This document shows, piece after piece, positions 9,681 through 19,190 of a DNA stretch of 64,000 nt (within the stretch, counting starts at the first letter, position 1; each line of letters opens with the position of its first letter). Source of the DNA: an uncultured Gammaproteobacteria bacterium (GTDB lineage: Bacteria > Patescibacteriota > Microgenomatia > UBA8517); assembly GCA_964599625.1 (NCBI GenBank), contig CAZRGC010000001.1, forward strand, positions 244,959-308,958, given 5' to 3'. A model generated the notes under the pieces. That model saw only the letters and a list, made by a program, of their open reading frames with translations, was not told where the DNA came from and ran no database searches. Made by a program: the position numbers and the translations under genes.

Positions 9681-10220
9681 CTAATCAATGTCCAAGAGGA
9701 ACCCAAAAAGATTGTATTGGCCAACATACTCGCCAATCAAACTGTAGCTTTGGAATTCTTCTGGGTCAGATGGTTCCCACATGTATGCGTAGCCACTTGA
9801 GTCAACGAAGTATATAACCATGTAGAGAGTCTCGCTCCCCTCCACGATTTTTTCGTTTTCTGCAAGTACAGGCATGGGTGTGGTTGGGAGTTGATTGTAA
9901 CCGTAGGTTGAAACCTGTCGGACAAACTCCGTGTACGTTGTTGTAAACGTAAACCACTGATATGGATTACCAAGGCAATCATCTTCGCGTGTGGGGCATG
10001 TGGTGCGGTCCGTTTTGGTCTCCATCCCGGTGGGAAGAGAACCTGTAGGGATCTTTCTGCCCTGGCCTGTAAAGTCGTGTGACGCGGCCACGTCGGCAGT
10101 CATGCGCCAAAAGTACCCCTGAACCTTCATTGACCTGCGCTCGACAGGATAATAAGCTACCCCGAGCACAAAAATGGTCAATATAGTGATTGTTATAAGC
10201 AATCCTTTGTGGTTACTCAT
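9681..10220 (-). CDS. Membrane-anchored hypothetical protein, paralog 3 of 3
   Basis: N-terminal TM, YFW, Cys pair, FVDSSGYAY. Confidence 0.85.
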   Translation of the reverse strand: MSNHKGLLITITILTIFVLGVAYYPVERRSMKVQGYFWRMTADVAASHDFTGQGRKIPTGSLPTGMETKTDRTTCPTREDDCLGNPYQWFTFTTTYTEFVRQVSTYGYNQLPTTPMPVLAENEKIVEGSETLYMVIYFVDSSGYAYMWEPSDPEEFQSYSLIGEYVGQYNLFGFLLDID

Positions 10221-10305
10221 CTGAACCTCTCTTGAACAATGTTAATAAGTGCAATACGGAATACCTATAGTAACACAACCGAGGCTAAAAGTCAAGTATT
10301 ATGGG
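10221..10305 (-). promoter_or_regulatory. Accessory-type promoter/leader
   Basis: CCCATAATAC-TTGACT-17nt-TACTAT, GCACTTATTAACA, GAGGT SD. Confidence 0.75.
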
Positions 10306-10312
10306 ATACCGA

Positions 10313-12568
10313 TTACCTTCTGTAGTCGTCTTTCAAGCAGTCTTCCACTGGGGTCTTGCTTTGGAATTCAATCGTTTTGGACTTAGTTCCAAAACCTGAC
10401 AAATTGTACTCTTTGTATAATGTTCTGCCGTTTGATAAGAACTGGGCCACAATTACACTGGTTTTTGATTTGTCTGCAATTAGCCTGAACTTATATTTCC
10501 CGTCTTTTGGGTTAGTTATGGAGATCATTCCCTGTTCACTTTGGTAGGTTTTGCCGTATTTGTCGGTTATCCAAAAATTTCCAGATGATGCAACCACAAC
10601 AAGGGCGGATTTTGGATCGTGATATGGGGGATCAGGGATGCTGGGTGATCCTAAAAACTCAAGAATCGAAGAAATACCTTCGGTTGAAGCAACCAACCCT
10701 GAATGTGATTGGTTTATAACTTTATTGTCTGCATTGTCGATTTGAGCACTACTAACAAGAACCGCACCGTCTCCAGATGTTGTGTTAATTTCACCGACGG
10801 GTTTACCGTCTAGCCACAACCCCTTCTTAACATCAGATTTGGATGGATTAGTTACTCTAATTTTCTCTAAAGTTGGGAATCCTGATCCGGATAGAGTTCC
10901 AACCTTTACGTCCCAAAAAGGATAGCTAAAACTGGTTGGTAAGTAATTATTTTGGGCAATCATGGTATTTACCGGCTTTAGCGACCCATTTTTTTGAATA
11001 TAGTCAGTTGTCGGCAAAAGGTTTTGAATTGATTCAGGCACTCCACAGTGTTTCAAAAACAAAGTTTTGGAAATCCTATCAACTAAATCATTACCCCAAA
11101 CTTCGTGTCCGGAATAAAGTGGATAAGAAATCGCAGAACCTTTGTTTGGCGCACCTGCCATCAAAAGCTTTTTTGCCTTTCCACCTAATTCATTTTCAAC
11201 ATAAGCCCTGCCCAAAAGTCCGCCCATGCTGTGGCCAACTATGTTTACTTTTTCTGCGTTGGGCGCAACTGAATCAATGAATGTCGCCAGTTTTGGTTCA
11301 TTGTTTAATATCTTATCCCTCCAGTCAAAATAGAAAGGTATGGTGTTCCACCCAGCATTTTCTAGTGAAGTTGTAAGATCTGCATACACATCCTTTGCGT
11401 AAGGTGCCAATGTCCAGTTGCCAACATAACCTTCTTTTTTGCAGGAAATAAACGCGTCAAGATTCCAACTGGCACCAGTTCCGGGAATTAATACAACCTT
11501 ACTTGAAGTTACCGGTACAGGAGACGGACTTGGTGTTGGGGTTGGTGAGGGTGGTGTGTCAGGGGTATAACTCATTTTCCAAACATGGTTTGTGTAGTCA
11601 CCATTTGCAACACCGCCAATAAGATAAAGATTGTTTCCAGATGCAATAAGCTGCCCACAGCAGTTTGTCTCGGGTAATTGTGGTCCGTTTTGCCAAACAC
11701 CAATCGTTCCATCTGTGTTGATTTCTGAGTAATAAACATTTTGAGTTCCATCACCTGCGATCACTAATGTGTTTGCAACCCTTGCCAGTCCAAACCTCCA
11801 CATTCCCACAGGAAGATTTGTTAGGTTTTCCCATGTACCAATTGAACCATCAGGGTTTATTGGTGCTCTAATAACTTGGTTTGAATATCCAGAAGGTGTA
11901 AAACCACCAAAAACAACAAGATGGTTATTGATAACTATCATAGAATGACCTTCTGTTTTTTCTGGCAAATTTCCTGCTGTTCTCCATGCACCAATTGTTC
12001 CGTCTGGGTTAATGTCAGAGACGTAAACTGATGTGCTGGCAAGGTTTGGGTTGTTCGCCTGACTGGATAAGGTGTTTCCGCCAGAAAAGAAAATCATATT
12101 GTCTGATACAACACTGGCACCTAAAGAAAGTGTTTGTGGTAATGGTGTTAAGTTTGTCCAAGATGAAATGTTACTATTTTCAAGTAGACCTAGCCACACC
12201 TCACCTGTATTGTTGAAGGAAGTGTCTGCGCCACCGAGAAGATATACATAGTTGCCACTTGTTGCTCCACTCAACCAATATCTGTTTGGTGGTTGTGTAG
12301 CGTTTGTGTTCCAGGCGGACAATGTTCCCGAGACTGTGACTGTTGTATTGAATCCAGTGTTGGGAACAGTGTTGTTTGCACCCCCTAGGTTAAACAAGCT
12401 ATTATCATTTGAAAATGCAAAGTTACTTGCAATCTGTAGCGGCAGATTTTCTTCCTGGATCCAATTTGATAATCCACCAGTCGCAAAAACAAGTCCTGAA
12501 CCTAGTACAAAACAGACCAAAATTACTATCACCAGAGACAACGATCTAGTAAGATAATTTTTGCTCAC
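10313..12568 (-). CDS. Exported Kelch-like beta-propeller + Pro/Thr linker + alpha/beta hydrolase (lipase/LCAT-like)
   Basis: Signal/TM, repeated YLLGG...W blades, TPPSPTPTPSPSP linker, GHSMGG nucleophile elbow, GDGAV and H. Confidence 0.8.
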   Translation of the reverse strand: MSKNYLTRSLSLVIVILVCFVLGSGLVFATGGLSNWIQEENLPLQIASNFAFSNDNSLFNLGGANNTVPNTGFNTTVTVSGTLSAWNTNATQPPNRYWLSGATSGNYVYLLGGADTSFNNTGEVWLGLLENSNISSWTNLTPLPQTLSLGASVVSDNMIFFSGGNTLSSQANNPNLASTSVYVSDINPDGTIGAWRTAGNLPEKTEGHSMIVINNHLVVFGGFTPSGYSNQVIRAPINPDGSIGTWENLTNLPVGMWRFGLARVANTLVIAGDGTQNVYYSEINTDGTIGVWQNGPQLPETNCCGQLIASGNNLYLIGGVANGDYTNHVWKMSYTPDTPPSPTPTPSPSPVPVTSSKVVLIPGTGASWNLDAFISCKKEGYVGNWTLAPYAKDVYADLTTSLENAGWNTIPFYFDWRDKILNNEPKLATFIDSVAPNAEKVNIVGHSMGGLLGRAYVENELGGKAKKLLMAGAPNKGSAISYPLYSGHEVWGNDLVDRISKTLFLKHCGVPESIQNLLPTTDYIQKNGSLKPVNTMIAQNNYLPTSFSYPFWDVKVGTLSGSGFPTLEKIRVTNPSKSDVKKGLWLDGKPVGEINTTSGDGAVLVSSAQIDNADNKVINQSHSGLVASTEGISSILEFLGSPSIPDPPYHDPKSALVVVASSGNFWITDKYGKTYQSEQGMISITNPKDGKYKFRLIADKSKTSVIVAQFLSNGRTLYKEYNLSGFGTKSKTIEFQSKTPVEDCLKDDYRR

Positions 12569-12607
12569 TATATTAATATAGTTTATACTCCGTGCAAGCT
12601 GTCAAGT

Positions 12608-13264
12608 ATGTTGATAAAAAATACGCCATCTTTTTGGAACAAGGCACTAAGAGTCAATAAAAAAAGCATTATTTCTAGTCCAATTTATAACGCCAAAAAC
12701 AAATTGGTAATTAAACTGATTAAGCGTTTAAATCCACCATCAATTCTCGACATTGGTGCAGGTTATGGAAATATTGAAGACTTAGTTTTGCTCGAGAGAA
12801 TTCCCACAAAACTCTTTGGAACAGACTTTGCCGGTGACGCAGTTAAGGATTTGAATAAAAGGTTCGGACCTGGCTTTAAAAAATCAAAATTGCCAAATAT
12901 CCCATTTACTAAAGATAAATTTGATTGTGTTCTTATGTTAGATGTAATCGAACATATCCCAAGTAGACTTAGTAAGAAAACCTATTTTAATATCAATCGG
13001 GTTCTCAAAAAAAATGGCCACCTAATTGTTTCAGTTCCGATAAACGAATCCCAGTCTGACACTTTGAAAAACATGCACCATCGTAAATATGACGAGGATA
13101 GCATAGTAACTGAGTTAAAGAAAAACAACTTTGATATTGTAAACGTTAAAACATTTTTTGCATTCAACAATTTTTTTTATTTAAAAAATTTTATTGTGAA
13201 CATTGGATTGTTTGGTAAAAGGAAAAGACCAAACCTTGCTGTTATTTTGGCCCAAAAGAAATGA
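12608..13264 (+). CDS. Class I SAM-dependent methyltransferase
   Basis: ILDIGAGYG, FDCVLMLDVIEH. Confidence 0.9.
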   Translation: MLIKNTPSFWNKALRVNKKSIISSPIYNAKNKLVIKLIKRLNPPSILDIGAGYGNIEDLVLLERIPTKLFGTDFAGDAVKDLNKRFGPGFKKSKLPNIPFTKDKFDCVLMLDVIEHIPSRLSKKTYFNINRVLKKNGHLIVSVPINESQSDTLKNMHHRKYDEDSIVTELKKNNFDIVNVKTFFAFNNFFYLKNFIVNIGLFGKRKRPNLAVILAQKK

Positions 13265-14148
13265 ACATACTTTTTCTCTCCAGATATTTTTATCCCCATA
13301 TTGGTGGGGTGGAGACGCATGTCTTGGAACTTTCCCAAGAACTTTCCAAAAACCATTCTGTTGTAGTGCTCACTCAAAATTACGACAAACTTCCCGCCCA
13401 CGAAGAATACAAAGAAATAGAAATTCACAGGTTTAAATATCCCCAAATAAAATTTTTAGGACTTTTTTCTATTTGGTCCCACTTATATAAAAACAAAAAA
13501 TTGATTGAGGAGGCAGAAATTATTCACTGCCATGATGTGTTTATCTGGTATTTGCCATTCAAATTTTTATTACCATTCAAAAAGGTATACACGACGTTCC
13601 ATGGGTGGGAAGGAGTTTGGCCAATACCCTACAAAAATATCGTTCTCAAAAAAGTATCCGCATATTTATCAAAAGGAAAAATATCTGTGGGCAAATATAT
13701 CGAAAAGTATTATGGAATAAAATCCGATTTTGTTATTTATGGCGGAGCAGTGGCGAAAATTAAAAAGCCCAAAAAGGTTAAAGATTCTGTTGTCTTTTTG
13801 GGCAGATTGGACAAAGACACGGGTGTTTTGCAATTTTTGGAATATCTGAAAAATCACAAATTTAAAAAAGTTATTTTTGTGGGGGATGGGGAATACAAAA
13901 ATGAATGTGCCAAATACGGCAAAGTTACTGGTTTTACAAACCCCAATGCTTATCTTGAGGATTCTGAGTTTGCTGCTGTTGGTGGATATTTGGGTTATAT
14001 TTCTGCCCAAACATATGGCTGCAAGATACTTACATTTTCAGACAATCCCCTGAAAAGGGACTATTGGAACGAAATAAAAAAGCAGAAGGAATTCCTCTCC
14101 TGGAAAGATGTATCCAAAGTTTATAAAAATCTTTGGGGTTTAGTATAA
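13261..14148 (+). CDS. Glycosyltransferase family 4
   Basis: YPHIGGVETHV, IIHCHD, FLGRLDKD. Confidence 0.88.
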   Translation: MNILFLSRYFYPHIGGVETHVLELSQELSKNHSVVVLTQNYDKLPAHEEYKEIEIHRFKYPQIKFLGLFSIWSHLYKNKKLIEEAEIIHCHDVFIWYLPFKFLLPFKKVYTTFHGWEGVWPIPYKNIVLKKVSAYLSKGKISVGKYIEKYYGIKSDFVIYGGAVAKIKKPKKVKDSVVFLGRLDKDTGVLQFLEYLKNHKFKKVIFVGDGEYKNECAKYGKVTGFTNPNAYLEDSEFAAVGGYLGYISAQTYGCKILTFSDNPLKRDYWNEIKKQKEFLSWKDVSKVYKNLWGLV

Positions 14149-14155
14149 TTCTCTA

Positions 14156-15091
14156 ATGAAAGTTTCTGTCTGTGTGACAGTATTAAACGAAGAAAAATCG
14201 ATAGCAGAACTTCTGGAGGCGATTTTGTATCAAACCAGAAAACCCGACGAAATTGTGATTGTAGATGGCGGTTCCACGGATGGTACATTGGAAATAATTT
14301 CCAAATTTCAAAAAAGATCCAAAAAAATAAAACTTCTTACAGAAAGGTCTAGCCGTGCGAAAGGCCGCAATCTTTCTGTTGAGATTTCCAATTCGGAAAT
14401 AATCGCAATGACGGATGCCGGATGTGTTCCCCAAAAAGACTGGCTCAAAAACATTGTAAAACCGTTCCAATACAAGGTAGATGTTGTTGCAGGTTTTTAC
14501 AAAATGAAAACAACCAATAGGTTCCAAAAAGCCCTTTCTGCATTTTTGGGAATTCTTCCCCAGAATTTTGATGAAAAGTTTTTGCCTTCTACCAGGTCGA
14601 TTGCGTTTACCAAAGAAGTATGGGAAAAAGTCGGAGGTTTTCCCGAAAAAATGGACGGTACTGCGGAAGATACTGTTTTCAATTTGAAGTTAATAAGTTA
14701 TGGAATAAGGTTGTCACGCGTGAAAAATGCGGTAGTGGAGTGGGGGATGCCGGTAGATTTTAAAGAATTTTTTTGGAAAATTTACAACTATGCATTGGGT
14801 GACTCAAAATCCAAAGTGTGGGCATTTCCGGGAAAAGGACTTACGTCGCACAACATTAAAGCACTTTTTGTGGTAATCAGATATCTTTTGGGAATCTGGA
14901 TTGCCTGGGTTTGTTTTATGTATGGTCTGACTCCCCTAGTTTTGGTTCTTGTTCTTATTTATATAATTTGGTCATTCAAAAAAATTTATGATTTATTTGG
15001 GGATTGGCGCACTGCTTTGTGGGGCCCGCCGGTTCAGCTTGTTTGTGATATTGCAGTAATAGGAGGATTTATTTTGGGGCTTTTTAAGTGA
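14156..15091 (+). CDS. Glycosyltransferase family 2
   Basis: VSVCVTVLNEE, VDGGSTDGT, MTDAG; C-terminal TMs. Confidence 0.92.
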   Translation: MKVSVCVTVLNEEKSIAELLEAILYQTRKPDEIVIVDGGSTDGTLEIISKFQKRSKKIKLLTERSSRAKGRNLSVEISNSEIIAMTDAGCVPQKDWLKNIVKPFQYKVDVVAGFYKMKTTNRFQKALSAFLGILPQNFDEKFLPSTRSIAFTKEVWEKVGGFPEKMDGTAEDTVFNLKLISYGIRLSRVKNAVVEWGMPVDFKEFFWKIYNYALGDSKSKVWAFPGKGLTSHNIKALFVVIRYLLGIWIAWVCFMYGLTPLVLVLVLIYIIWSFKKIYDLFGDWRTALWGPPVQLVCDIAVIGGFILGLFK

Positions 15092-15170
15092 AAAAAAGCG
15101 ATCTGGAATGAGACTTTTGTGTTTAACAAAAGGAGCTTCCTGATCAGTACTGGTTTCCCAGCTCTTTGCC
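15091..15170 (-). ncRNA. Putative structured 3' RNA motif/terminator, copy 1
   Basis: CAAAGAG-hairpin...GGAA-GCTCC-TTTTG-loop-CAAAA-GTCTCA-TTCC then poly-T; homologous to 15612-15686. Confidence 0.55.
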
Positions 15171-15173
15171 CAA

Positions 15174-15524
15174 CTAGTCGCCGCCTGCTCCGTAGAGCCT
15201 ACAGATCATTGGGCTGAATACGCCTGACGTACATCGTCCGGAAATCGGATCGGGTTTGTTCGTGCCATCATAGGTAATCTCCATCTCGAAGGTAACATCG
15301 TGTGAGTCACCAAACCACCATTGGTTGTTGTTCGAGTGGCGAATTACTTCGATCTGGCTGGTTTCAACCTCGGCAAGTTCCGCGAAGCGCGCAACTGCTT
15401 TTTCTTCCGTGACTTTGTTGATGCCGCCGACGAGGCCCGCGATGATGTAGAAGATCACCAGAAAAGCAACCGATATGGCAAGCTCGACATCAGCCTGTCC
15501 ACGTTCAGAGAGTTTGAATCTCAT
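15174..15524 (-). CDS. Small pilin-like protein with a class III (prepilin) signal
   Basis: ERG|QADVELAISVAFLVIF resembles the Flp/TadE cleavage motif; AAGGAG SD; C-terminal Cys pair. Confidence 0.65.
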   Translation of the reverse strand: MRFKLSERGQADVELAISVAFLVIFYIIAGLVGGINKVTEEKAVARFAELAEVETSQIEVIRHSNNNQWWFGDSHDVTFEMEITYDGTNKPDPISGRCTSGVFSPMICRLYGAGGD

Positions 15525-15600
15525 CGATATATTCTCCTTGTTATGTGCAAACGAACTGCATAATTATCTCACAAACAGGCACAAAAGTCAAGATTATGGG
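15525..15600 (-). promoter_or_regulatory. Accessory-type promoter/leader
   Basis: CCCATAATC-TTGACT-17nt-GATAAT, GCACATAACA, AAGGAG SD. Confidence 0.75.
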
Positions 15601-15611
15601 GTGTTTTTGAC

Positions 15612-15686
15612 ACAAAAAACCGGAAGTGAGACTTTTGCTTGTGGCAAAAGGAGTTCTTCCGGAATGGCTTTGAGCCAACTCTTTGT
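15612..15686 (-). ncRNA. Putative structured 3' RNA motif/terminator, copy 2
   Basis: CAAAGAG-hairpin...CCGGAAG-AACTCC-TTTTGC-loop-GCAAAA-GTCTCA-CTTCCGG then poly-T. Confidence 0.55.
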
Positions 15687-15907
15687 TAATCGGCACCTTC
15701 GACTTCGGGGATCATGAGGTCGGTATCTGTTATCGTCAGCGTCAAAAGTGACCCGTCGCGCGTTGAAAGCGTGATTTTGTACGGATCTTGGCCAAGATCT
15801 GCACCAATTGGCGGGATATGAGCTGACTTTACCTCGAAACCTGGGTGAAACCCGGTCAAAAGTACGCCAAAGGCAGTGATTTTGTCAGGGGTGTTTAGAT
15901 TGGGCAT
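15686..15907 (-). CDS. Small hypothetical protein
   Basis: 73-aa ORF with GAGGAG SD. Confidence 0.7.
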   Translation of the reverse strand: MPNLNTPDKITAFGVLLTGFHPGFEVKSAHIPPIGADLGQDPYKITLSTRDGSLLTLTITDTDLMIPEVEGAD

Positions 15908-15913
15908 TTCTCC

Positions 15914-16096
15914 TCACGGTAAATGTATTCCGGCTGTTGCCATCCATATGGCGTAAAGAGTCAAGAATAGCAGAAAGACAAATAGACATGTGAATGCCGT
16001 CATACATCTCCAGATCAACCCCAGATCTCTTGAGTTTAGTGCAATGCTCAGAAGAGCGCACATTGATAGTGCAACGGACATTTGTAAAAGGAACAC
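15914..16096 (-). CDS. Small 2-TM hypothetical protein
   Basis: AAGGAG SD, two hydrophobic segments. Confidence 0.65.
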   Translation of the reverse strand: MFLLQMSVALSMCALLSIALNSRDLGLIWRCMTAFTCLFVFLLFLTLYAIWMATAGIHLP

Positions 16097-16171
16097 ATTT
16101 ACTCCTTATTTGTGTCAAAAAGTGCAAGTCTAAATTCTAGCTCATTTCTCCTCCTAATTCAAATTATAGGG
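16097..16171 (-). promoter_or_regulatory. Accessory-type promoter/leader
   Basis: CCCTATAAT-TTGAAT-17nt-TAGAAT, GCACTTTTTGACA, AAGGAG SD. Confidence 0.7.
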
Positions 16172-16207
16172 TATGAATTAATCTTGGGCATAGAGTAGAA
16201 TAAGGCA

Positions 16208-17446
16208 ATGAGTTATATAAAAGATGCCGCCAAGGGTGTGAGTTGGATGAGCCTTTTTAGAGTTTTGTACAGGGCAATTGGCGTTGCAAGGATAGCAATA
16301 ATTGCCCACATATTAACCCCCTCTTCACTGGGTGTCTTTGGGATAGTTGCAGTGGTATTGGCATTTTTGGAAATAATAACCGAAACAGGTATTAATATAT
16401 TTTTGATTCAGGAAAGAGAGGATTCGGACAAATACATCAATACCGCCTGGTTTGTCTCAATTATCAGAGGAATTGTGATATCTGTTGCAATCTATACTAT
16501 CGCAGGGCCAATTTCTCAATTTTTTAACTCAGCAGAGTCATTTAGTCTTTTGAGATGGGCTTCCCTAATACCTTTGATAAGGGGATTTATCAATCCGTCT
16601 ATTGTCAAATTTCAAAAAGATTTGCATTTCAACAAAGAATTTGCATACAGGATATCTGTGTTTTTGGTGGAGTCGGTTATTTCCGTTTCAATAGTCATGC
16701 TTACCAAAAACCCCTTCTCTTTGGTTCTGGGACTTATCGGAGGAGCTGTTTTCGAAGTTTTATTTACGTTTTTGGTTGCCAAACCCTTACCCAAGTTTGA
16801 ATTCGATCGTGTCAAAACCAAAAAAGTTATCAATCGCGGCAAGTGGGTGACTCTGTTTGGTGTCTTTGATTATTTATATACGCAGTGCGATAACATAATC
16901 GTTGGGAGAATGTTGGGGGTTGATGCTTTGGGTATTTACCAAAATGCCTACAAAATATCCACAGCTCCGCTTACGGAAGTTGGCGATGTTTTTTTCAGAG
17001 TAACATTTCCAGTATTTTCCAAAATGTCCGACGACAAGGATAGGTTAAAAAAAGCATTCATACAAAACACAATTGTAAATACTTTGTTGATGGTTCCTGC
17101 GGGGATTGTCATTTTTGCTTTTGCTGAACTAATCGTAAACGTTTTACTTGGTTCGGGTTGGGAGGCAGCTGTTCCTGTTACCAAACTTTTGTCCGTTTTG
17201 GGAGTTGTTAGGGGAATAGCTTCCTCAACAAATTCTCTAATGGTTTCAAGGGGTCTTCAAAAATATTCAGCAATAGTTACAATTGTGAGTACAATTGGGA
17301 TGTTTGCAACAATAGTGCCGTTAACAAAAAGTTATGGTATTATTGGGGCCGGAAGCGCGGCGATAATCGGCACATTAGTTTCTGTCCCACTCACAATTTA
17401 TTTTGTAGGTAAAACTTTAAAAGCCATTGCCCTTCCCCATCAATGA
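16208..17446 (+). CDS. Wzx-type oligosaccharide flippase
   Basis: Multi-TM; DNIIVGRMLG...LGIYQNAY pattern typical of WzxC-like flippases. Confidence 0.9.
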   Translation: MSYIKDAAKGVSWMSLFRVLYRAIGVARIAIIAHILTPSSLGVFGIVAVVLAFLEIITETGINIFLIQEREDSDKYINTAWFVSIIRGIVISVAIYTIAGPISQFFNSAESFSLLRWASLIPLIRGFINPSIVKFQKDLHFNKEFAYRISVFLVESVISVSIVMLTKNPFSLVLGLIGGAVFEVLFTFLVAKPLPKFEFDRVKTKKVINRGKWVTLFGVFDYLYTQCDNIIVGRMLGVDALGIYQNAYKISTAPLTEVGDVFFRVTFPVFSKMSDDKDRLKKAFIQNTIVNTLLMVPAGIVIFAFAELIVNVLLGSGWEAAVPVTKLLSVLGVVRGIASSTNSLMVSRGLQKYSAIVTIVSTIGMFATIVPLTKSYGIIGAGSAAIIGTLVSVPLTIYFVGKTLKAIALPHQ

Positions 17447-18447
17447 AAAGTGTTTTTAGCGGAAAATCCATTGTAGTTACAGGAGGTACGGGTTCGTTCG
17501 GAAGTTATTTTGTAAAAGAAATATTAACCCAAAATCCCAAACAGGTAACAATTTTCTCCAGAGACGAAGACAAACAGTATGCGATGCAATTCGAGTTATC
17601 CAAATTTGTAAATAAGTTGAAATTTGTAATCGGAGATGTAAGGGATTTGCAAAGTCTGGTTAAAAATTTTCAGAATGCTGATTTTGTAATTCATGCCGCG
17701 GCACTAAAACAAATTCCCACCTCGGAATACAACATAAGTGAAACAATCAAAACGAATGTTTTGGGTGCTCAAAATGTTGTGGAAGCTGCACTGGCAAATA
17801 ATGTTTCCAAGGTTCTGTCTATAAGCACAGACAAAGCGGTGGAGCCTGTTAACGTAATGGGTATGACCAAAGCGCTTCAGGAAAGGATTTTTATTCTGGC
17901 AAACATCAACAGGGGTAAAAGTAAAACAAAATTCGCATCGGTAAGATATGGGAATGTTGCAAATTCCAGAGGTTCAATAATCCCTCTGTTCAAAAAACAA
18001 ATAGAAAAAGGTCTATCTCTGACAGTCACGGATCTGGAAATGACCAGATTTATTCTTACTCTAAAAGAAGCAACAGGGCTTGTCACTTATGCATTTGAAA
18101 ATATGAATGGCGGCGAGATATTTATACCAAACATAAAAGCTCTCAAGATTCACGACCTGGCAAAAGTTATGATAAAAAATTCGGGGAACAAAAAACTCAA
18201 AGTAGAAGAAATTGGCGTGCGCCCGGGAGAAAAACTACACGAAACACTCATTTCGGCCACAGAGTCCAAAAGAGCAATAAAAGCAAAAGGCTATTATATT
18301 CTGACGCCGGAAATAAAAACAAATAAGCTGGTCAAAAAGATTAAGACAAAAAATAAATATTCAGATTTTGTTTACTCATCCGACAAGGTTGAACTAATGA
18401 ACGGAAATGAAGTAGAACATCTTTTGGCTTCCCAAAAAATATTTTAA
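17443..18447 (+). CDS. UDP-GlcNAc 4,6-dehydratase family (PseB/FnlA/CapD-like)
   Basis: TGGTGSFG, HAAALKQ, STDKAV, RYGNV, RPGEKLHE. Confidence 0.92.
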   Translation: MKSVFSGKSIVVTGGTGSFGSYFVKEILTQNPKQVTIFSRDEDKQYAMQFELSKFVNKLKFVIGDVRDLQSLVKNFQNADFVIHAAALKQIPTSEYNISETIKTNVLGAQNVVEAALANNVSKVLSISTDKAVEPVNVMGMTKALQERIFILANINRGKSKTKFASVRYGNVANSRGSIIPLFKKQIEKGLSLTVTDLEMTRFILTLKEATGLVTYAFENMNGGEIFIPNIKALKIHDLAKVMIKNSGNKKLKVEEIGVRPGEKLHETLISATESKRAIKAKGYYILTPEIKTNKLVKKIKTKNKYSDFVYSSDKVELMNGNEVEHLLASQKIF

Positions 18448-19166
18448 ATACTTTTTGGACCTTTCCATTTTTTGCTCCCCAGTGTCATATCCACCGTAAG
18501 CGGAGGCCCTTTGTATTCATTCAATGTAATTTTTCCAACTTTTGGGGACACCTTTTTGGCAAGTGTGTACATACTCATTTTTTTTGGTCCAACGATATGT
18601 AAAACACCTTTTCGTTTTTGGTTGATAACCTTCCTAATTTCCAAAGCAAGAGAGTCGGCAAATAAATAGTTTCCAAATCTGTCCGTAAACGCTTTGGGGT
18701 AAGGCCAAGGTTCGCGTTTTACAAAATTTGTTCTAATTATCAAAGTGTTTTTGATACCCGACTCTTTGGAAACCATCTCTGATGCAAGTTTGGTAAGCGA
18801 ATAAAAATTTTTGGGATATGGTATGTCGTTTTCAAAAAATGGGGCGTGTTTGCCGTCAAAAACACAGGCTGTGGAGATTAGAACAAAATAAATATTTTTA
18901 TCGACTTTTTTAATCGCTTCAACTATGTTTTGAGTGCCTTCGACGTTTACTGACCAGGCGTTGGTTTTTTTAAGTTCGCATTTTCTTATGTCGGTTGCAG
19001 CTGCAGTATGAACAATTATTTTTGGATTAACTTTTTTTATATATTTTAATACCTTGCGGTAGTCTGTTATATCCATTTCAGAATGTTTGGGAGCATAAGA
19101 ATTTGGGTATATTTTTAAAAGTTCAGAACCAAGTTTGCCACTGCCTCCTGTAATTAGAATACTCAT
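18444..19166 (-). CDS. RmlD-like NDP-4-keto sugar reductase (SDR)
   Basis: ITGGSGKLG, STACVFDG, YSLTK. Confidence 0.85.
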   Translation of the reverse strand: MSILITGGSGKLGSELLKIYPNSYAPKHSEMDITDYRKVLKYIKKVNPKIIVHTAAATDIRKCELKKTNAWSVNVEGTQNIVEAIKKVDKNIYFVLISTACVFDGKHAPFFENDIPYPKNFYSLTKLASEMVSKESGIKNTLIIRTNFVKREPWPYPKAFTDRFGNYLFADSLALEIRKVINQKRKGVLHIVGPKKMSMYTLAKKVSPKVGKITLNEYKGPPLTVDMTLGSKKWKGPKSI

Positions 19167-19190
19167 GGTATTATATGTGCAAAGAATATC

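Noticed and set aside
8258-10305. Integron cassette array
   Set aside because: No integrase; the hairpins are perfect palindromes without clear attC R/L boxes or extrahelical bases, and the genes carry their own promoters.
15130-15172. c-di-GMP-I riboswitch (GGGCAAA plus a GAAA-capped hairpin)
   Set aside because: It lies 3' of a gene, lacks the GCAAAGCC junction and P3 consensus, and copy 2 has no GNRA loop.
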